From Candidatus Nanoarchaeia archaeon (GTDB lineage: Archaea > Nanobdellota > Nanobdellia > SCGC-AAA011-G17 > GW2011-AR20), in contig DATDZG010000023.1 of assembly GCA_035288805.1 (NCBI GenBank), forward strand, positions 15,669-79,668: a stretch of DNA of 64,000 nt. Direction: 5' to 3'. The notes under the pieces are model-generated. The model did not search any database. It saw only the letters and a program-made list of their open reading frames with translations, and was not told the origin of the DNA. Every line of letters starts with the position of its first letter. Position 1 is the first letter of the stretch. Below are positions 25,608 to 36,221 of this stretch, one piece after another. Made by a program: the position numbers and the translations under genes.

Positions 25608-27041
25608 ATGGCAAAAGACCAGGGAATAACAATGAAAAAAGACCAGGATGTTTCTGAATGGTACACGCAAGTTGTAATCAAGTCAGGCTTAATTGATTAT
25701 TCAGGAGTCTCTGGTTGTTATGTATTAAAACCTTTATCATATCAAATCTGGGAGAAAATCCAAAAAGAGTTTGATAAAAAGATTAAGAAGAAAGGCGTAA
25801 AAAATTGTTATTTCCCATTACTCATCCCAGAATCGTTATTAAAACGCGAGCAGCAACATATAGCAGGTTTCGAGCCAGAAGTTGCCTACGTTACCCAAGC
25901 AGGTTCAACAAAATTAGATGAAAGGTTAGCAATCAGACCAACTTCAGAAACTATCATGTACGATAGCTATAGTAAATGGATTCGCTCTCATCGCGATTTG
26001 CCTTTAAAACTCAACCAGTGGAATAATGTTGTTAGATGGGAATTCAAACATCCGCAGCCATTTCTACGCTCAAGAGAATTCCTATGGCAGGAAGGTCACA
26101 CTGTATTCGCAACAAAAGAAGAAGCAGAAGCTGAAGTCTTGGACATTTTAAACGAATATTCATTAATCTGTGAAAAACTCTTAGCAATCCCCGTTATCAA
26201 AGGGAAAAAATCAGAAAAAGAAAAATTCGCAGGAGCAGAATTTACAACATCAATAGAAACGATTCTTCCAAATGGAAAAGCAATCCAGGCAGGCACATCG
26301 CATTATCTAGGAACAAACTTCTCAAAAGCATTTGGCATCACCTTTCTGGATAAACAAGAAAAAAAGCAATTTGCCCATCAAAATTCATGGGGAATCTCAA
26401 CTAGGTTAATAGGTATCATGGTGTTAATGCACTCAGATGACTCAGGACTCGTTCTACCACCATCAGTTGCTGAAAACCAAGTAGTCATAATCCCGATAGC
26501 ATTTGAAAAAGACGAACAAGTATTAAAAGAGGCTAAAAAGCTAGAAGAAAGCTTAAAAAAATTCAATCCAATCCTAGACCTAAGAACAGAATATTCTGCA
26601 GGGTGGAAATTCTCAGAGTGGGAATTAAAAGGAATTCCAATAAGAATTGAAATAGGCCCAAAAGACCTGGAGAATAAGCAGGCAGTAATTATAACAAGGC
26701 ATAATAAGCAAAAAACACCTGTCAAATTAGCAATAATAGAAAAAGCAGTTCAATCTTCTCTTGACCAAATGCAGGAAGATATGTTTGAAAAAGCCCAGTT
26801 AATCCTAAAACATTCAATAAGAGAAACAAGAACAAAGCAAGACCTATTATCTGCAATAGAGGACAAAAAGCTTGCTTTAACCCCTTGGTGCAACACTCTA
26901 GAATGCGAAGAAAAAATAAAAGAAATCAATGGAATAAAATCAATCAACATTCCTTTTGATTATCAAAAAAACATTTCTGGCAATTGTCCGTTCTGCAATA
27001 AGCCGGCAACCTGCAGAGCATTATTTGGCAAATCGTATTAA
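25608..27041 (+). CDS. proS: prolyl-tRNA synthetase, archaeal/eukaryal type with C-terminal Zn-binding domain
   Basis: 477 aa with class II motifs. C-terminal …CPFCNKPATC…. Confidence 0.9.
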   Translation: MAKDQGITMKKDQDVSEWYTQVVIKSGLIDYSGVSGCYVLKPLSYQIWEKIQKEFDKKIKKKGVKNCYFPLLIPESLLKREQQHIAGFEPEVAYVTQAGSTKLDERLAIRPTSETIMYDSYSKWIRSHRDLPLKLNQWNNVVRWEFKHPQPFLRSREFLWQEGHTVFATKEEAEAEVLDILNEYSLICEKLLAIPVIKGKKSEKEKFAGAEFTTSIETILPNGKAIQAGTSHYLGTNFSKAFGITFLDKQEKKQFAHQNSWGISTRLIGIMVLMHSDDSGLVLPPSVAENQVVIIPIAFEKDEQVLKEAKKLEESLKKFNPILDLRTEYSAGWKFSEWELKGIPIRIEIGPKDLENKQAVIITRHNKQKTPVKLAIIEKAVQSSLDQMQEDMFEKAQLILKHSIRETRTKQDLLSAIEDKKLALTPWCNTLECEEKIKEINGIKSINIPFDYQKNISGNCPFCNKPATCRALFGKSY

Positions 27042-28975
27042 CCACCAATCCCCTTAAAAAAATTTAAAATCCTCGCATACCATGGAACATCCTCAATAGT
27101 AATATCCAAATCCTCAGAATACTCGTAAACAGCCTCATTCCTATCTTCGTAAGTAACTTTCAATTTCTTTTCTTTTCCAAGAAAAAAATCTCCTTGAAAA
27201 GGAACATTAAACTCATTGACATTAACAAATTTTTCAATAGTAAAAACCTCCTGACCATCAATAAGTATCTTCAAATTCTCAATCTCATCCCTTGAGCTCA
27301 AAACAAAATTAATTTTCCCCTCATCATTATAATTAATAGTTTTAGGATAACTCAAACCAGTAACCTTAATTCCAGGCCTCTCCAATATTTTAACAGGTGC
27401 ATACACATTCCTAGTAATCCCATCACCAGCAACTATAACCTGTAACTCATTTTTAGCCTTGCTAATATTAAAGATAAACAATAATTCCTTCTTCTCAGCA
27501 ACAGTTAAATCAATATTCCTACAATCATCCAAAAAACAAGTATGCAAATTATCAAGATTCTTATTCCCAATATTTCTTATCTCGCAAGTTATATTCCCAG
27601 AAAGCTCATATACATAATAAACATCTTTTCCAGAAGAACATTTTATCTCAACATCTTTAGAATAACTCTTAACCTCTTCTTTAGACAATTCACCAATCTT
27701 ATCTTCAGCTTCTTTCTTATTCAAACCAAAATCATATACCCCAGAATATTCCAATACATCTTCATCATAATCCTCAGTGCTCGTCTTAACCTTAATCTCA
27801 GAAGTGTACATAACATTCTGTTTCAAATCCCCGGGAACATCAATCAAAAAAAACACATTTCTCTTTTCTCTGGGTTTCAATAAAACAATCCTCTCATTAT
27901 CCTCAATAATTTTTGGTCCTCTCACCAAATACAGATTAACAGGCAAATAATAATCTTGTTTATTCTCAACTTCAACCTTAACAGGAACATAACTATCCCC
28001 CTTAACCTTATTATTCAAAATCTCAACATTCAATCCAATTTTTTCATCTCTTTTACCTCCAAACTCAACAATATTCGCTTTAACATCAAGTTTTCCAGGC
28101 TTAACATCCCCTCCAGAAGTTCTCCACGCATAACTGATGCTGGATTTCCTGGCATCAAAACTTTCATCCATTTTTACATGCCCGGCATCAACCCATCCTA
28201 ATTGCCCATAAGTAACATCAAAAGCAACCCATCCATATCCTGGGAAATACAATTCAGCCCATGCATGATTCCCAAAAGTATTCCCTATATTCGTGTAGCT
28301 TGTTCCTGAAACGAACTTCGCAGGAATCCCCAAACTTCTCATCATCGCAATATACAGCACAGTTAATTCATCGCAAACACCTTCCTTATTCTCCAAAACC
28401 CAGACAGAATTCTGGGTAGCTTCTTCAGTAAGACTATCAAGGCTGTAATTAATATTCTCTCTAACCCAATTCCCTACAGCAAAAGCAACTTCATACTCAT
28501 CATCTTTCCCTTCAGCCAGTTCCCCAGCTTTCTTCCTTATCTTCTCATCAACAATAATCAGGTTAGTGCTCTGCAAATATTCTTTCTCGCTATTATCATC
28601 TTTCAAAGGAAACGCAATCTTCCCATTAATCTTTTTAAAATTTATCTTATTGTCAACAAGAAACAAATTCTTAATCTCTATGTTCCCGCTAACTCCTTTC
28701 TTCCAAGAATAAATCAATTCATTGTCTTTTTCAGAAATCTCAGCTTCAGGAGCAGCTTTCAATTCCCTCAAAGTTATTTTCTGAGTGTCATCATCTTTAG
28801 GATAAAAACTTAATTTAGTTTCAAGGCTTTTAACCTCTCCCTTGCTGTCAATAGCAATTCCAGAATTCAAATCAATCTGAATCTTCAAGCTGGAATAATT
28901 CCCAACATCTTGCGCATTAACAATGCTAATAGCCAATAAAAAAAATAATAAAAAAAGGACTAATTTTCTCATCAA
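27038..28975 (-). CDS. secreted transglutaminase-like (Cys-His-Asp) domain protein
   Basis: Signal peptide. Core motifs GVCDELTVLYIAMMRSLGIPAKFV…GNHAWAELYF…FDVT. Confidence 0.65.
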   Translation of the reverse strand: MMRKLVLFLLFFLLAISIVNAQDVGNYSSLKIQIDLNSGIAIDSKGEVKSLETKLSFYPKDDDTQKITLRELKAAPEAEISEKDNELIYSWKKGVSGNIEIKNLFLVDNKINFKKINGKIAFPLKDDNSEKEYLQSTNLIIVDEKIRKKAGELAEGKDDEYEVAFAVGNWVRENINYSLDSLTEEATQNSVWVLENKEGVCDELTVLYIAMMRSLGIPAKFVSGTSYTNIGNTFGNHAWAELYFPGYGWVAFDVTYGQLGWVDAGHVKMDESFDARKSSISYAWRTSGGDVKPGKLDVKANIVEFGGKRDEKIGLNVEILNNKVKGDSYVPVKVEVENKQDYYLPVNLYLVRGPKIIEDNERIVLLKPREKRNVFFLIDVPGDLKQNVMYTSEIKVKTSTEDYDEDVLEYSGVYDFGLNKKEAEDKIGELSKEEVKSYSKDVEIKCSSGKDVYYVYELSGNITCEIRNIGNKNLDNLHTCFLDDCRNIDLTVAEKKELLFIFNISKAKNELQVIVAGDGITRNVYAPVKILERPGIKVTGLSYPKTINYNDEGKINFVLSSRDEIENLKILIDGQEVFTIEKFVNVNEFNVPFQGDFFLGKEKKLKVTYEDRNEAVYEYSEDLDITIEDVPWYARILNFFKGIGG

Positions 28976-28978
28976 GGT

Positions 28979-29521
28979 TTATCTTCTTTTATTGTTTATA
29001 TTGTTTCTGTTTTCATACTGAGAATCAAATATCTTAATCCCTGCCCAGTATCCAGGAAATCCGAAGAATTTTGCCTCAAAAGGATATGTCTTCTCAAACA
29101 CATCTCTGTTCCACTCTCTAAATCCCTCATATCGAGACCCATACATCTCCAATCCAAGAAAAAGTATTTGAAAACTAAGATAAATTCTCAATCCATCAAA
29201 GACATAATCACAAGCCCTGTTCAATATCGCTTCCTGTCTAAGAAATTTTTCATGCCTTGCTTTGTTCTCAGCAATCTGCTTTAATCTTTTCTTTTCCTCT
29301 TCTTCTTTCTCTTTTTTGCCATCCTTGCCTAAAGATACTTCCTGCCATCTCTCTTCTTCCAATTTTCTCTCCAAAGGCATCTGGCTATTGCAAAAAAAAG
29401 CTCTTATAAATTTTTCCCTCTTAGAAAATCTATGGTAACCATAAAAAGAAAGCTCTATTACGGGGTTCTCCTCGCAATTATATTTGCAGTAATCTATTCT
29501 ATTGTAGCAAGACTCCCTCAT
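28979..29521 (-). CDS. hypothetical protein
   Basis: 180-aa ORF. Partly overlaps the PAP2 gene on the other strand, so the true extent is uncertain. Confidence 0.3.
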   Translation of the reverse strand: MRESCYNRIDYCKYNCEENPVIELSFYGYHRFSKREKFIRAFFCNSQMPLERKLEEERWQEVSLGKDGKKEKEEEEKKRLKQIAENKARHEKFLRQEAILNRACDYVFDGLRIYLSFQILFLGLEMYGSRYEGFREWNRDVFEKTYPFEAKFFGFPGYWAGIKIFDSQYENRNNINNKRR

Positions 29522-30022
29522 TACATCTCATTAAACTTTTCAACCTCATTGGACAATTCAGCAAAAATAATCCCGGTATTCGTCATCTTCTATCTTCTGG
29601 CTTATATTTTCCCCTTAGTCGCATTTCTCATAGCAGAATCAGAATCAGATTTAAAATCAATCTTCAAAGCATTTATCATCCAGTTGCTAATCAGCTCAAT
29701 ATTTTTTATAGCTATTCCTGTAGCAATAGTACATGCACAATTAACAACCCATGACATCTTCTCTCAAATCTTAATATTCATAAGAACCTACCTAGATACG
29801 CAATGGAATGCATTCCCAAGCCATCATGTAGCATCTGCATTTTTAACATTCCTCATAGTCAGAGATAAAAAGCCAAAATACACAATCCCAATATTCATCA
29901 CTTCTTTCTTAATCATAATTTCAACATTATTCACGAAACAGCACGTTATCCTTGATGTCTTGGCAGGATTAATTTTATCAACGATAATTTACCTTTGTTA
30001 TTTGAAATTGTTGAAAAAGTAA
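29432..30022 (+). CDS. PAP2-superfamily membrane phosphatase-like protein
   Basis: 6 TM helices. PSHH and …QHVILDV… motifs resemble PAP2 motifs II and III. Confidence 0.5.
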   Translation: MVTIKRKLYYGVLLAIIFAVIYSIVARLPHYISLNFSTSLDNSAKIIPVFVIFYLLAYIFPLVAFLIAESESDLKSIFKAFIIQLLISSIFFIAIPVAIVHAQLTTHDIFSQILIFIRTYLDTQWNAFPSHHVASAFLTFLIVRDKKPKYTIPIFITSFLIIISTLFTKQHVILDVLAGLILSTIIYLCYLKLLKK

Positions 30023-30038
30023 TTATTCAAACAACAAT

Positions 30039-30425
30039 CTAAGGCTCAGTTCTTTTAAGAGGCAAACCATCAAAATGTTTATCATAAGAAATAATTTCAG
30101 TGCAGCCGTTAATTAATGCAGTAGAATAATGAATTAAATCAAAACGATTTAGCTTATTCAGTTTAGAATGTTTTAACAATCTGGAACTTTGAAATAAGAG
30201 TTCTTTATCGAGAGGGACAATAACCCCAGAACTCTTGAACAAACTCTTCATGCAATCAGATGCATATTGCTTATCAGCAGTAATTATGGAAATAGCATGC
30301 TCAGCTTCAACCAGGCAAAGAGTGTTTGTAACAAACTCTTCCCTCAGAACATTCCTGCACTTTCCTCTATCTTCATTGTCTGTAAAAGCTTTGATTAATA
30401 CATTTGTATCAACGAAAAGAGTCAT
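30039..30425 (-). CDS. PIN-domain ribonuclease (VapC-like toxin)
   Basis: MTLFVDTNVLIKAF… plus a conserved Asp pattern. Confidence 0.7.
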   Translation of the reverse strand: MTLFVDTNVLIKAFTDNEDRGKCRNVLREEFVTNTLCLVEAEHAISIITADKQYASDCMKSLFKSSGVIVPLDKELLFQSSRLLKHSKLNKLNRFDLIHYSTALINGCTEIISYDKHFDGLPLKRTEP

Positions 30426-30658
30426 CTTTTTATCCTTAACGCATGACTAAGTTCAACTACTTTTTGTGTTGAAACTTTTTTCCCTTTATGAATATCGTCT
30501 CCTCTTTTAAACATTTCTTCCATAGTTGGCAGCTGCTTAGAAGGAATACTCTGAAAAACTCTCTTTATCACATTGTCATAACTCTCTCTAGGATATTGCT
30601 TAATTTTGTCAAGCATTTTCTTCGTATCTTCATAAACTTGAATTGTTGTGATGTTCAT
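30422..30658 (-). CDS. VapB-like antitoxin (same family as 3720-3977)
   Basis: …TIQVYEDTKKMLDKIK…ESYDNVIKRV…. Overlaps the PIN gene by 4 nt. Confidence 0.6.
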   Translation of the reverse strand: MNITTIQVYEDTKKMLDKIKQYPRESYDNVIKRVFQSIPSKQLPTMEEMFKRGDDIHKGKKVSTQKVVELSHALRIKR

Positions 30659-30747
30659 TTTGCTCCCAACCTATAGGTCCCTATAGGTATATAAATCTTC
30701 CTAATCTCTCCATCATCAGTCAATTGAAAACCAAATATCTAAAAAAA

Positions 30748-31767
30748 CTAAACCAATTTCTTAAATCTCTCAATAAATTCAGGAAAATCACTCATCTTCA
30801 CACAGCATCCAATAGCATGGTCATGCCCGCCCCCATATCCATTCAGCCCATCAAGAGCCTTCTGAACAGCTTTATGCATATTAACCCCCTTCTCTCTGTT
30901 CCTTGCACTGGCCTTAATCTCTCCTTTATCTTCTCTTCCAACAAAAATAAACTTCGCTTTAGTCCTGTGCAATAAATCATTAGCCAGGTCAGAAGTAAAA
31001 CTATACTTGTCATCCACATACGTAAAAACAATCTTTTCATCGTCTTTCATTTGAATAGCCTTATCATACAATAGTTCATATCTCTTCCATCTTTTATCAA
31101 ATCTCTCATAAACTTTTTTCCCATTCTCAGTGTTCTGTTGGAGAATCTCTCTAGGATCATCAATCTTCATCATCAATTGAACAAAAGCATAACTTTCTTT
31201 AACGCTTCCTTTTAAACCAAAAGAAACAATTCTAATAAGTTTTCCAAACTCAGTATCAAACATAGCATCGTCAGGGTTTTTTATTTCAACACCTTCAAAA
31301 AGTTCTTTGTAATCTTTGCTAAGCTCTTTAAAACTCTCCAAGCTCCAGTCAGAGATTATCCCAAGCAAAGCAATCCATTTCTCACCATCAACAATTTTCC
31401 AGCACCAGTAAGTAGTCGGTCTATTATCCTTTTCATCCAAAAATTTAGGATTAAAATACTTTACCCCTTTAACATCATTCAAAGGATGATGGTCAATCCA
31501 TAGTAATGGGCAATTTACCTTATCAATAAAATCCTGGCTCATTTTTGGCTTGTCCAAAACAACAACCAGGTCAGGAGCATATTGCCTCACAATTGTAATA
31601 TATCCAACATCCAAGGTAGGAGAATTCTTGACAATTATTCCATTGCCTCTTTTCAAATACTTCATCATCAGCATATAACTGCAAAGTCCATCGGGGTCAT
31701 CATCAAAAAATATCAATGGATTCTCGCTTTTATCCAATAAATCTTTAACTTCTTGTATTGTAATCAT
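30748..31767 (-). CDS. DHH-family phosphoesterase (NrnA/RecJ-like core)
   Basis: Motifs FFDDDPDGLCS and WIDHHP. Start chosen 1 nt after the upstream stop; the ORF extends to 31851. Confidence 0.65.
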   Translation of the reverse strand: MITIQEVKDLLDKSENPLIFFDDDPDGLCSYMLMMKYLKRGNGIIVKNSPTLDVGYITIVRQYAPDLVVVLDKPKMSQDFIDKVNCPLLWIDHHPLNDVKGVKYFNPKFLDEKDNRPTTYWCWKIVDGEKWIALLGIISDWSLESFKELSKDYKELFEGVEIKNPDDAMFDTEFGKLIRIVSFGLKGSVKESYAFVQLMMKIDDPREILQQNTENGKKVYERFDKRWKRYELLYDKAIQMKDDEKIVFTYVDDKYSFTSDLANDLLHRTKAKFIFVGREDKGEIKASARNREKGVNMHKAVQKALDGLNGYGGGHDHAIGCCVKMSDFPEFIERFKKLV

Positions 31768-31768
31768 A

Positions 31769-32083
31769 TTATAAATGTTCAATCTCCTTCTCAACTCGAT
31801 CACCGAGGTAATATTCTCCTTCGACAAGGTTAAGAACATAAAACTCAGCAAGTTTATGTGAATCTTTAAATTTTTGCATTCTCCTCAAAATATTTGCACG
31901 ATCAATAAGGAAAATATGAAAAATTTCCTCGCCAAAGGTTTCCATAGAAAGAACTTTTAAATCTTCTAAACTCACAAATCCCTCTTCTGATCGTCGAGCT
32001 TTTTCCATCAATCCAGAAACTCCATTTAAGTGCAAAGGTATTTCTATATATTTCTGCAATGATTTTACTGCATGCCCTTGCAT
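31769..32083 (-). CDS. hypothetical protein
   Basis: 104-aa ORF between rpl15e and the DHH gene. Confidence 0.4.
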   Translation of the reverse strand: MQGHAVKSLQKYIEIPLHLNGVSGLMEKARRSEEGFVSLEDLKVLSMETFGEEIFHIFLIDRANILRRMQKFKDSHKLAEFYVLNLVEGEYYLGDRVEKEIEHL

Positions 32084-32094
32084 TTCAATCTCAC

Positions 32095-32664
32095 TTAATT
32101 TTTCCCTCTTCTCTGATGAGCTCTTAAACTTGGCCTGTTCTTCTCATGCCCCTTGCCCTTGCCAAGTAATCCTCTTGATTTTCTTCCAGCAGAAGTCAAA
32201 CCTCTATATACTCTTCCAACGTTGTCAGTAATCCATTCCATTCCAGGATAAGTTTTCAATATTTCTCTCTCCCCCAAAATAATTTCAAAGAAAATATTTT
32301 TTCCATCTTTAAACAATAAATAGCTCCCAAGAACTTCACAATTCACATATCTGTCATTTGCCCTTTCTTCAGCAATCCATTGATAACTCTTGCCAATAAT
32401 CTCTTTTCTTCGTTTATGTTTACTCCTGCGTCCTTTTCTAATCATAGGCCTTTGTCTTTTGCTTCTTAACAATCTTACTCTGACAGCAATATATCCTTTT
32501 TTAGCTTTATATCCAAGAGCTCTTGCCCTGTCCAATCTTGTAGGTCTTTCAATCCTGACAACCGCATTTGATTTTCTCCACTCAATAGCTTTCTTCCTTA
32601 GAATTTTAATTATCTCTTCAGGCTTATCCTGGTACAATTGTTTTAAGTATTTTGCATATCCCAT
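32095..32664 (-). CDS. rpl15e: 50S ribosomal protein L15e
   Basis: MGYAKYLKQLYQDKPEE…RIERPTRLDRARALGYKAKKGYIAVRVRL… is characteristic of L15e. Confidence 0.85.
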   Translation of the reverse strand: MGYAKYLKQLYQDKPEEIIKILRKKAIEWRKSNAVVRIERPTRLDRARALGYKAKKGYIAVRVRLLRSKRQRPMIRKGRRSKHKRRKEIIGKSYQWIAEERANDRYVNCEVLGSYLLFKDGKNIFFEIILGEREILKTYPGMEWITDNVGRVYRGLTSAGRKSRGLLGKGKGHEKNRPSLRAHQRRGKN

Positions 32665-32790
32665 ATTCAGTATTCAGGGTCCTTTCGGAGTATCCTACAT
32701 CTCTATTCATTGTCAGAAATAGAGCCTTTAAAAACCTTTTCCTTTACTTAGCTTTCACATAATCTAAACCACCCGCCATAGAATTTTAGC

Positions 32791-33090
32791 TTAAGAAAAA
32801 GCAGTATTCAACTTAATCTCTCTTGCATTAGGGAAGTTACGTTTTATAACCTCAATTAAATTAGAGTTTTCTATTTTTCTAACATCAACGCAAACACCTT
32901 CTTCATCCCTATAAGCACTTATTACAACTCGCCCAAGAATAACAACCGGAGAATCTTCTCCATCATTTTCCTCATAATAAATAATCTTAATTACAGGACT
33001 ATCACCATCTCTTACTCCTAGATGCATAAACTTCTCTCTAAAATCTTTTCCTTCAGTATTTCTTTGCAGTCTATATTTCATGCAAATCAT
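32791..33090 (-). CDS. hypothetical small protein
   Basis: 99-aa ORF. Confidence 0.35.
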   Translation of the reverse strand: MICMKYRLQRNTEGKDFREKFMHLGVRDGDSPVIKIIYYEENDGEDSPVVILGRVVISAYRDEEGVCVDVRKIENSNLIEVIKRNFPNAREIKLNTAFS

Positions 33091-33332
33091 CCAGATTACA
33101 ATTCTTATAAACTTTTCGTTTTATAACCACTTAAAAGTAACTAATTAAAACTAATCTGAAAATAGCGTATCAAACAACAAAAGCCAATAGAAAGCTAGCT
33201 CCAAGAGCTAAACCAGCTCCAACATATTGATGCCTCTTAATCTTCTCTTTATTAATCCATATCCCTAAACACAAAGCCTGTAAACACCCCAATAATCAAA
33301 GCAATCACTACAGTAATCCCCAAAAACGGCCA

Positions 33333-34025
33333 TTACATCATTTCTTCTAGCAATTCTCCAATGGGTTTTTTACCAGCCATGTTATATTCGGGTCTTAATG
33401 CCCGGATATACTCATTTTCTGCTTCATTCAATTGATACATTGGAACAGGTAAATAAAGAACCCTATTGAAATCTTTTCTTTCAGTAGTTAAATGAGTTTG
33501 GATCCTTACTGGAAGGCTCACTGATTGACCTACATATACCACCTTATTATCTCTAACTAAAAAATAAATACATGGTGGGAATTGGTAATGCGCATACTCG
33601 GCTAATCCTTCTATTGTATCAAGCTCCCTTGGAATAGGAACCCCTTTAGGAGCTTCATTAGTAAAAATAAACACATTAGGGCGTGCAGGTAAACTCCTTC
33701 CAATCACCTCTCGAAACATATTATCTTTAATCCAATTAAGAATCTCATTTTTTCTAAACCTAGGTTCATTATTCGCGCCTAATAAACAAGGAGCAAATCC
33801 GGATCTTGCATAATCTCCGAGTTTTTCTGCATCAACTCCAGCTTCTCTTGCAATCTCCTCCAAAGAGTGCTTAAACAATTGAAGGGGGTTTCCTTTATAA
33901 TCCCTTCTTTCTATCTTATTAGAATCTTTATATAAATCTCTTAATAGCTCTTTCTGAGTTTTGACTTCTTCTTCAAGTTTCTGTAACTTTTCAAGCAGCC
34001 CTTGATAATCTTTTTGCTCTTCCAT
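33333..34025 (-). CDS. GIY-YIG nuclease-domain protein with N-terminal coiled-coil/HTH-like region, in a GC-enriched segment
   Basis: C-terminal …IYFLVRDNKVVYVGQSVSLPVRIQTHL…EAENEYIRALRPEYN matches GIY-YIG. Local GC is visibly higher than the surroundings. Confidence 0.55.
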   Translation of the reverse strand: MEEQKDYQGLLEKLQKLEEEVKTQKELLRDLYKDSNKIERRDYKGNPLQLFKHSLEEIAREAGVDAEKLGDYARSGFAPCLLGANNEPRFRKNEILNWIKDNMFREVIGRSLPARPNVFIFTNEAPKGVPIPRELDTIEGLAEYAHYQFPPCIYFLVRDNKVVYVGQSVSLPVRIQTHLTTERKDFNRVLYLPVPMYQLNEAENEYIRALRPEYNMAGKKPIGELLEEMM

Positions 34026-34056
34026 AGGTTACTATTGCAAGGAAAAAATTAAAAGC

Positions 34057-34308
34057 CTATCCTCTAATCAATCTTCCCCCCTCCAAATACTCCCTCACAA
34101 CCCTGAACTGATACTCTCTTCTCTCTCTGTCTCTGTTTGTAAAATCTATAGTAGTCTCCCTCAAATCACTTTCCAAGCTTCTTCCTTTATCAAACTCCAA
34201 TCTGGCATCCATATAAGTCCTAAACACCACTCCAAAACTCCTATTATGCAAACCAGCCAGTCTTCTAAGTTCTGCAAAATCTCTTTGAAAAGGGCTCTGT
34301 TCTCCCAT
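34057..34308 (-). CDS. hypothetical protein (GC-rich ORF adjacent to the GIY-YIG gene)
   Basis: 83-aa ORF with atypical composition for this window. Confidence 0.3.
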   Translation of the reverse strand: MGEQSPFQRDFAELRRLAGLHNRSFGVVFRTYMDARLEFDKGRSLESDLRETTIDFTNRDRERREYQFRVVREYLEGGRLIRG

Positions 34309-34388
34309 GCAAATCTCTAAAACCTAAAGAAATATAAAATCGATGCTGTGGCTGCCGAGGGTTGATTCGCGGGATGCTGGCACCATTG

Positions 34389-35558
34389 TTAGTACAGCAT
34401 CCAAAGCAAACTTCCCAATCCCCCAAGAATAAAGCTCGAAGCGATAGCCCCTGTAATCAATATACATAATAAAACTAAAACTCTTCCAATAGTTAAACTG
34501 CATTCTCTAAAAACAACATACGCTGGCCTGCTAATCTCATTCGCCTTATCATAAAACCTCGCATCGGTAGCAACATCCCCCAAAGTCCCGGATAGAGCAG
34601 AGAGGGTATCAACAAACAACACACTAATAAAACCAACAACAGTCCCCCTAAAAAAGAAAACAATCCCATGAATAAAAGCCCCGATTCTTGTTAAAACTCT
34701 TTTATCATACTTATCGCAAATTTTTCCAACAAAAAAAGTAAACACGGCGCCAATCAAAGTAGAAATAGTGGCAATAATCCCCAAAGATAAATAAGTCCCC
34801 AAAGTAAGAAAAACAAACAAAGGCCAAAACACCAAGATTATCATATATCTCATCCCTACCCCGATAAAAGCGAACATATCTCTAAAATTAAAAACTCTAA
34901 GTACGTCTTTAAACCTAAAATTAATCTCATCATGCCCATCTTCAGATAATATCAATGGAAACACCCCAATCAATAATAAAACAGAAACAACCCCAAACAA
35001 AGCATAAAATCCAAAGTTAGTTAATATCACGCTCCCGACAAAAGGACCAAGAACAGCAAACAGAGCAATCAAAGCATACATAAAACCAACCTCTCTCCCT
35101 CTCTTCACTTTATCACTTGACTTGGCAAAGTTAACATGAAACCCTGACCAAAAAAAAGCATTTGCAATCCCCACAAAAATAGCAGGAACCCAAAAAGGAA
35201 AATAACCCTTCCCAAGAAGATAAAATAATCCAAGAGCAAGTATATCTAGAGGAGCACTAACAAATATGCAATGCTTAAACCCATATTTGCAGGCAAACTT
35301 CATCGCAATAAAGCTGGTAACAGCAAAAACAACAGCCCAAAGCAGATAATAATAAACAATATTCGTTAATCCCAAATTTATCTCTTTAAACAAATACAAA
35401 GGAATAAACAATCCAAGCATAGACAATGCAATCGCCCTTAGAACAATTGCAAAATAAATCTCACTCAGCTCTCTTTTTAACCCAAAATTAGGCAGATGTA
35501 TGTTAAACTGATGATGCATAATAGAAAGAATCTTATGAAATATATAAACTTTCCTCAC
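34389..35558 (-). CDS. polytopic membrane transporter-like protein (MFS-like, ~11-12 TM)
   Basis: 389 aa, strongly hydrophobic throughout. Confidence 0.5.
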   Translation of the reverse strand: MRKVYIFHKILSIMHHQFNIHLPNFGLKRELSEIYFAIVLRAIALSMLGLFIPLYLFKEINLGLTNIVYYYLLWAVVFAVTSFIAMKFACKYGFKHCIFVSAPLDILALGLFYLLGKGYFPFWVPAIFVGIANAFFWSGFHVNFAKSSDKVKRGREVGFMYALIALFAVLGPFVGSVILTNFGFYALFGVVSVLLLIGVFPLILSEDGHDEINFRFKDVLRVFNFRDMFAFIGVGMRYMIILVFWPLFVFLTLGTYLSLGIIATISTLIGAVFTFFVGKICDKYDKRVLTRIGAFIHGIVFFFRGTVVGFISVLFVDTLSALSGTLGDVATDARFYDKANEISRPAYVVFRECSLTIGRVLVLLCILITGAIASSFILGGLGSLLWMLY

Positions 35559-35924
35559 AGTGTATAAAAATAAAAATAAAAACTTAGGGAAAGGTATTTA
35601 AATAAAAGAAGGATATTGATAACCGATGAAAACCAATAATAAACAAAAGGTGTTTCAAAATTATAAAACTCTCTTGAGGGTTGTTATAATAATTCTTATA
35701 GTCTCAACAATCCTGTTCTTGACTGGAAATTATCCATTTAAAATGAATAAGGTCGAATTTTTCATAGACACTATAAGCACACTGATTATATTCGGAGGAA
35801 TTTATTTCATTCTAAGACATATATACTCTAAGCGTAACTAACGAGCGACTGAAACATCATGCAAAACCTATATAAATCTTGCCTTATTATCAAAATCAAC
35901 CAAAAACTAACAGGGGGTTAAAAA

Positions 35925-36119
35925 ATGGCAGATGTTGCAAAAAACTTTTTAAAAATCGTTGTAGGATTAATCTTGATATTAATTCCTGTATGGGTTGCAA
36001 TGAACTACTCAGGATGGAAACAAGCAGTTCTTGATGTAATCCAGGGCAGTATCCTAATCGGAGTAGTCCTAGTAGGATTATTAGTTCTTGTGCTGGGATT
36101 TACAGGATTAAAAGAATAA
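35925..36119 (+). CDS. small membrane protein (hypothetical)
   Basis: 64 aa with 2 TM helices. Confidence 0.3.
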   Translation: MADVAKNFLKIVVGLILILIPVWVAMNYSGWKQAVLDVIQGSILIGVVLVGLLVLVLGFTGLKE

Positions 36120-36221
36120 TTTCTTTGGTTAAGAAATAATCCTTTTTTTCTTTTAATTTTTTATTTTCTTTTTTTATTATCTTTCTTTTTTGAATGACAT
36201 TCTTAGTTCTTTTGTCAAGAA

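Noticed and set aside
33180-33332. Short hydrophobic minus-strand peptide candidates between 32791-33090 and the GIY-YIG gene
   Set aside because: Multiple overlapping short frames, none with a convincing start codon or length. Insufficient evidence.
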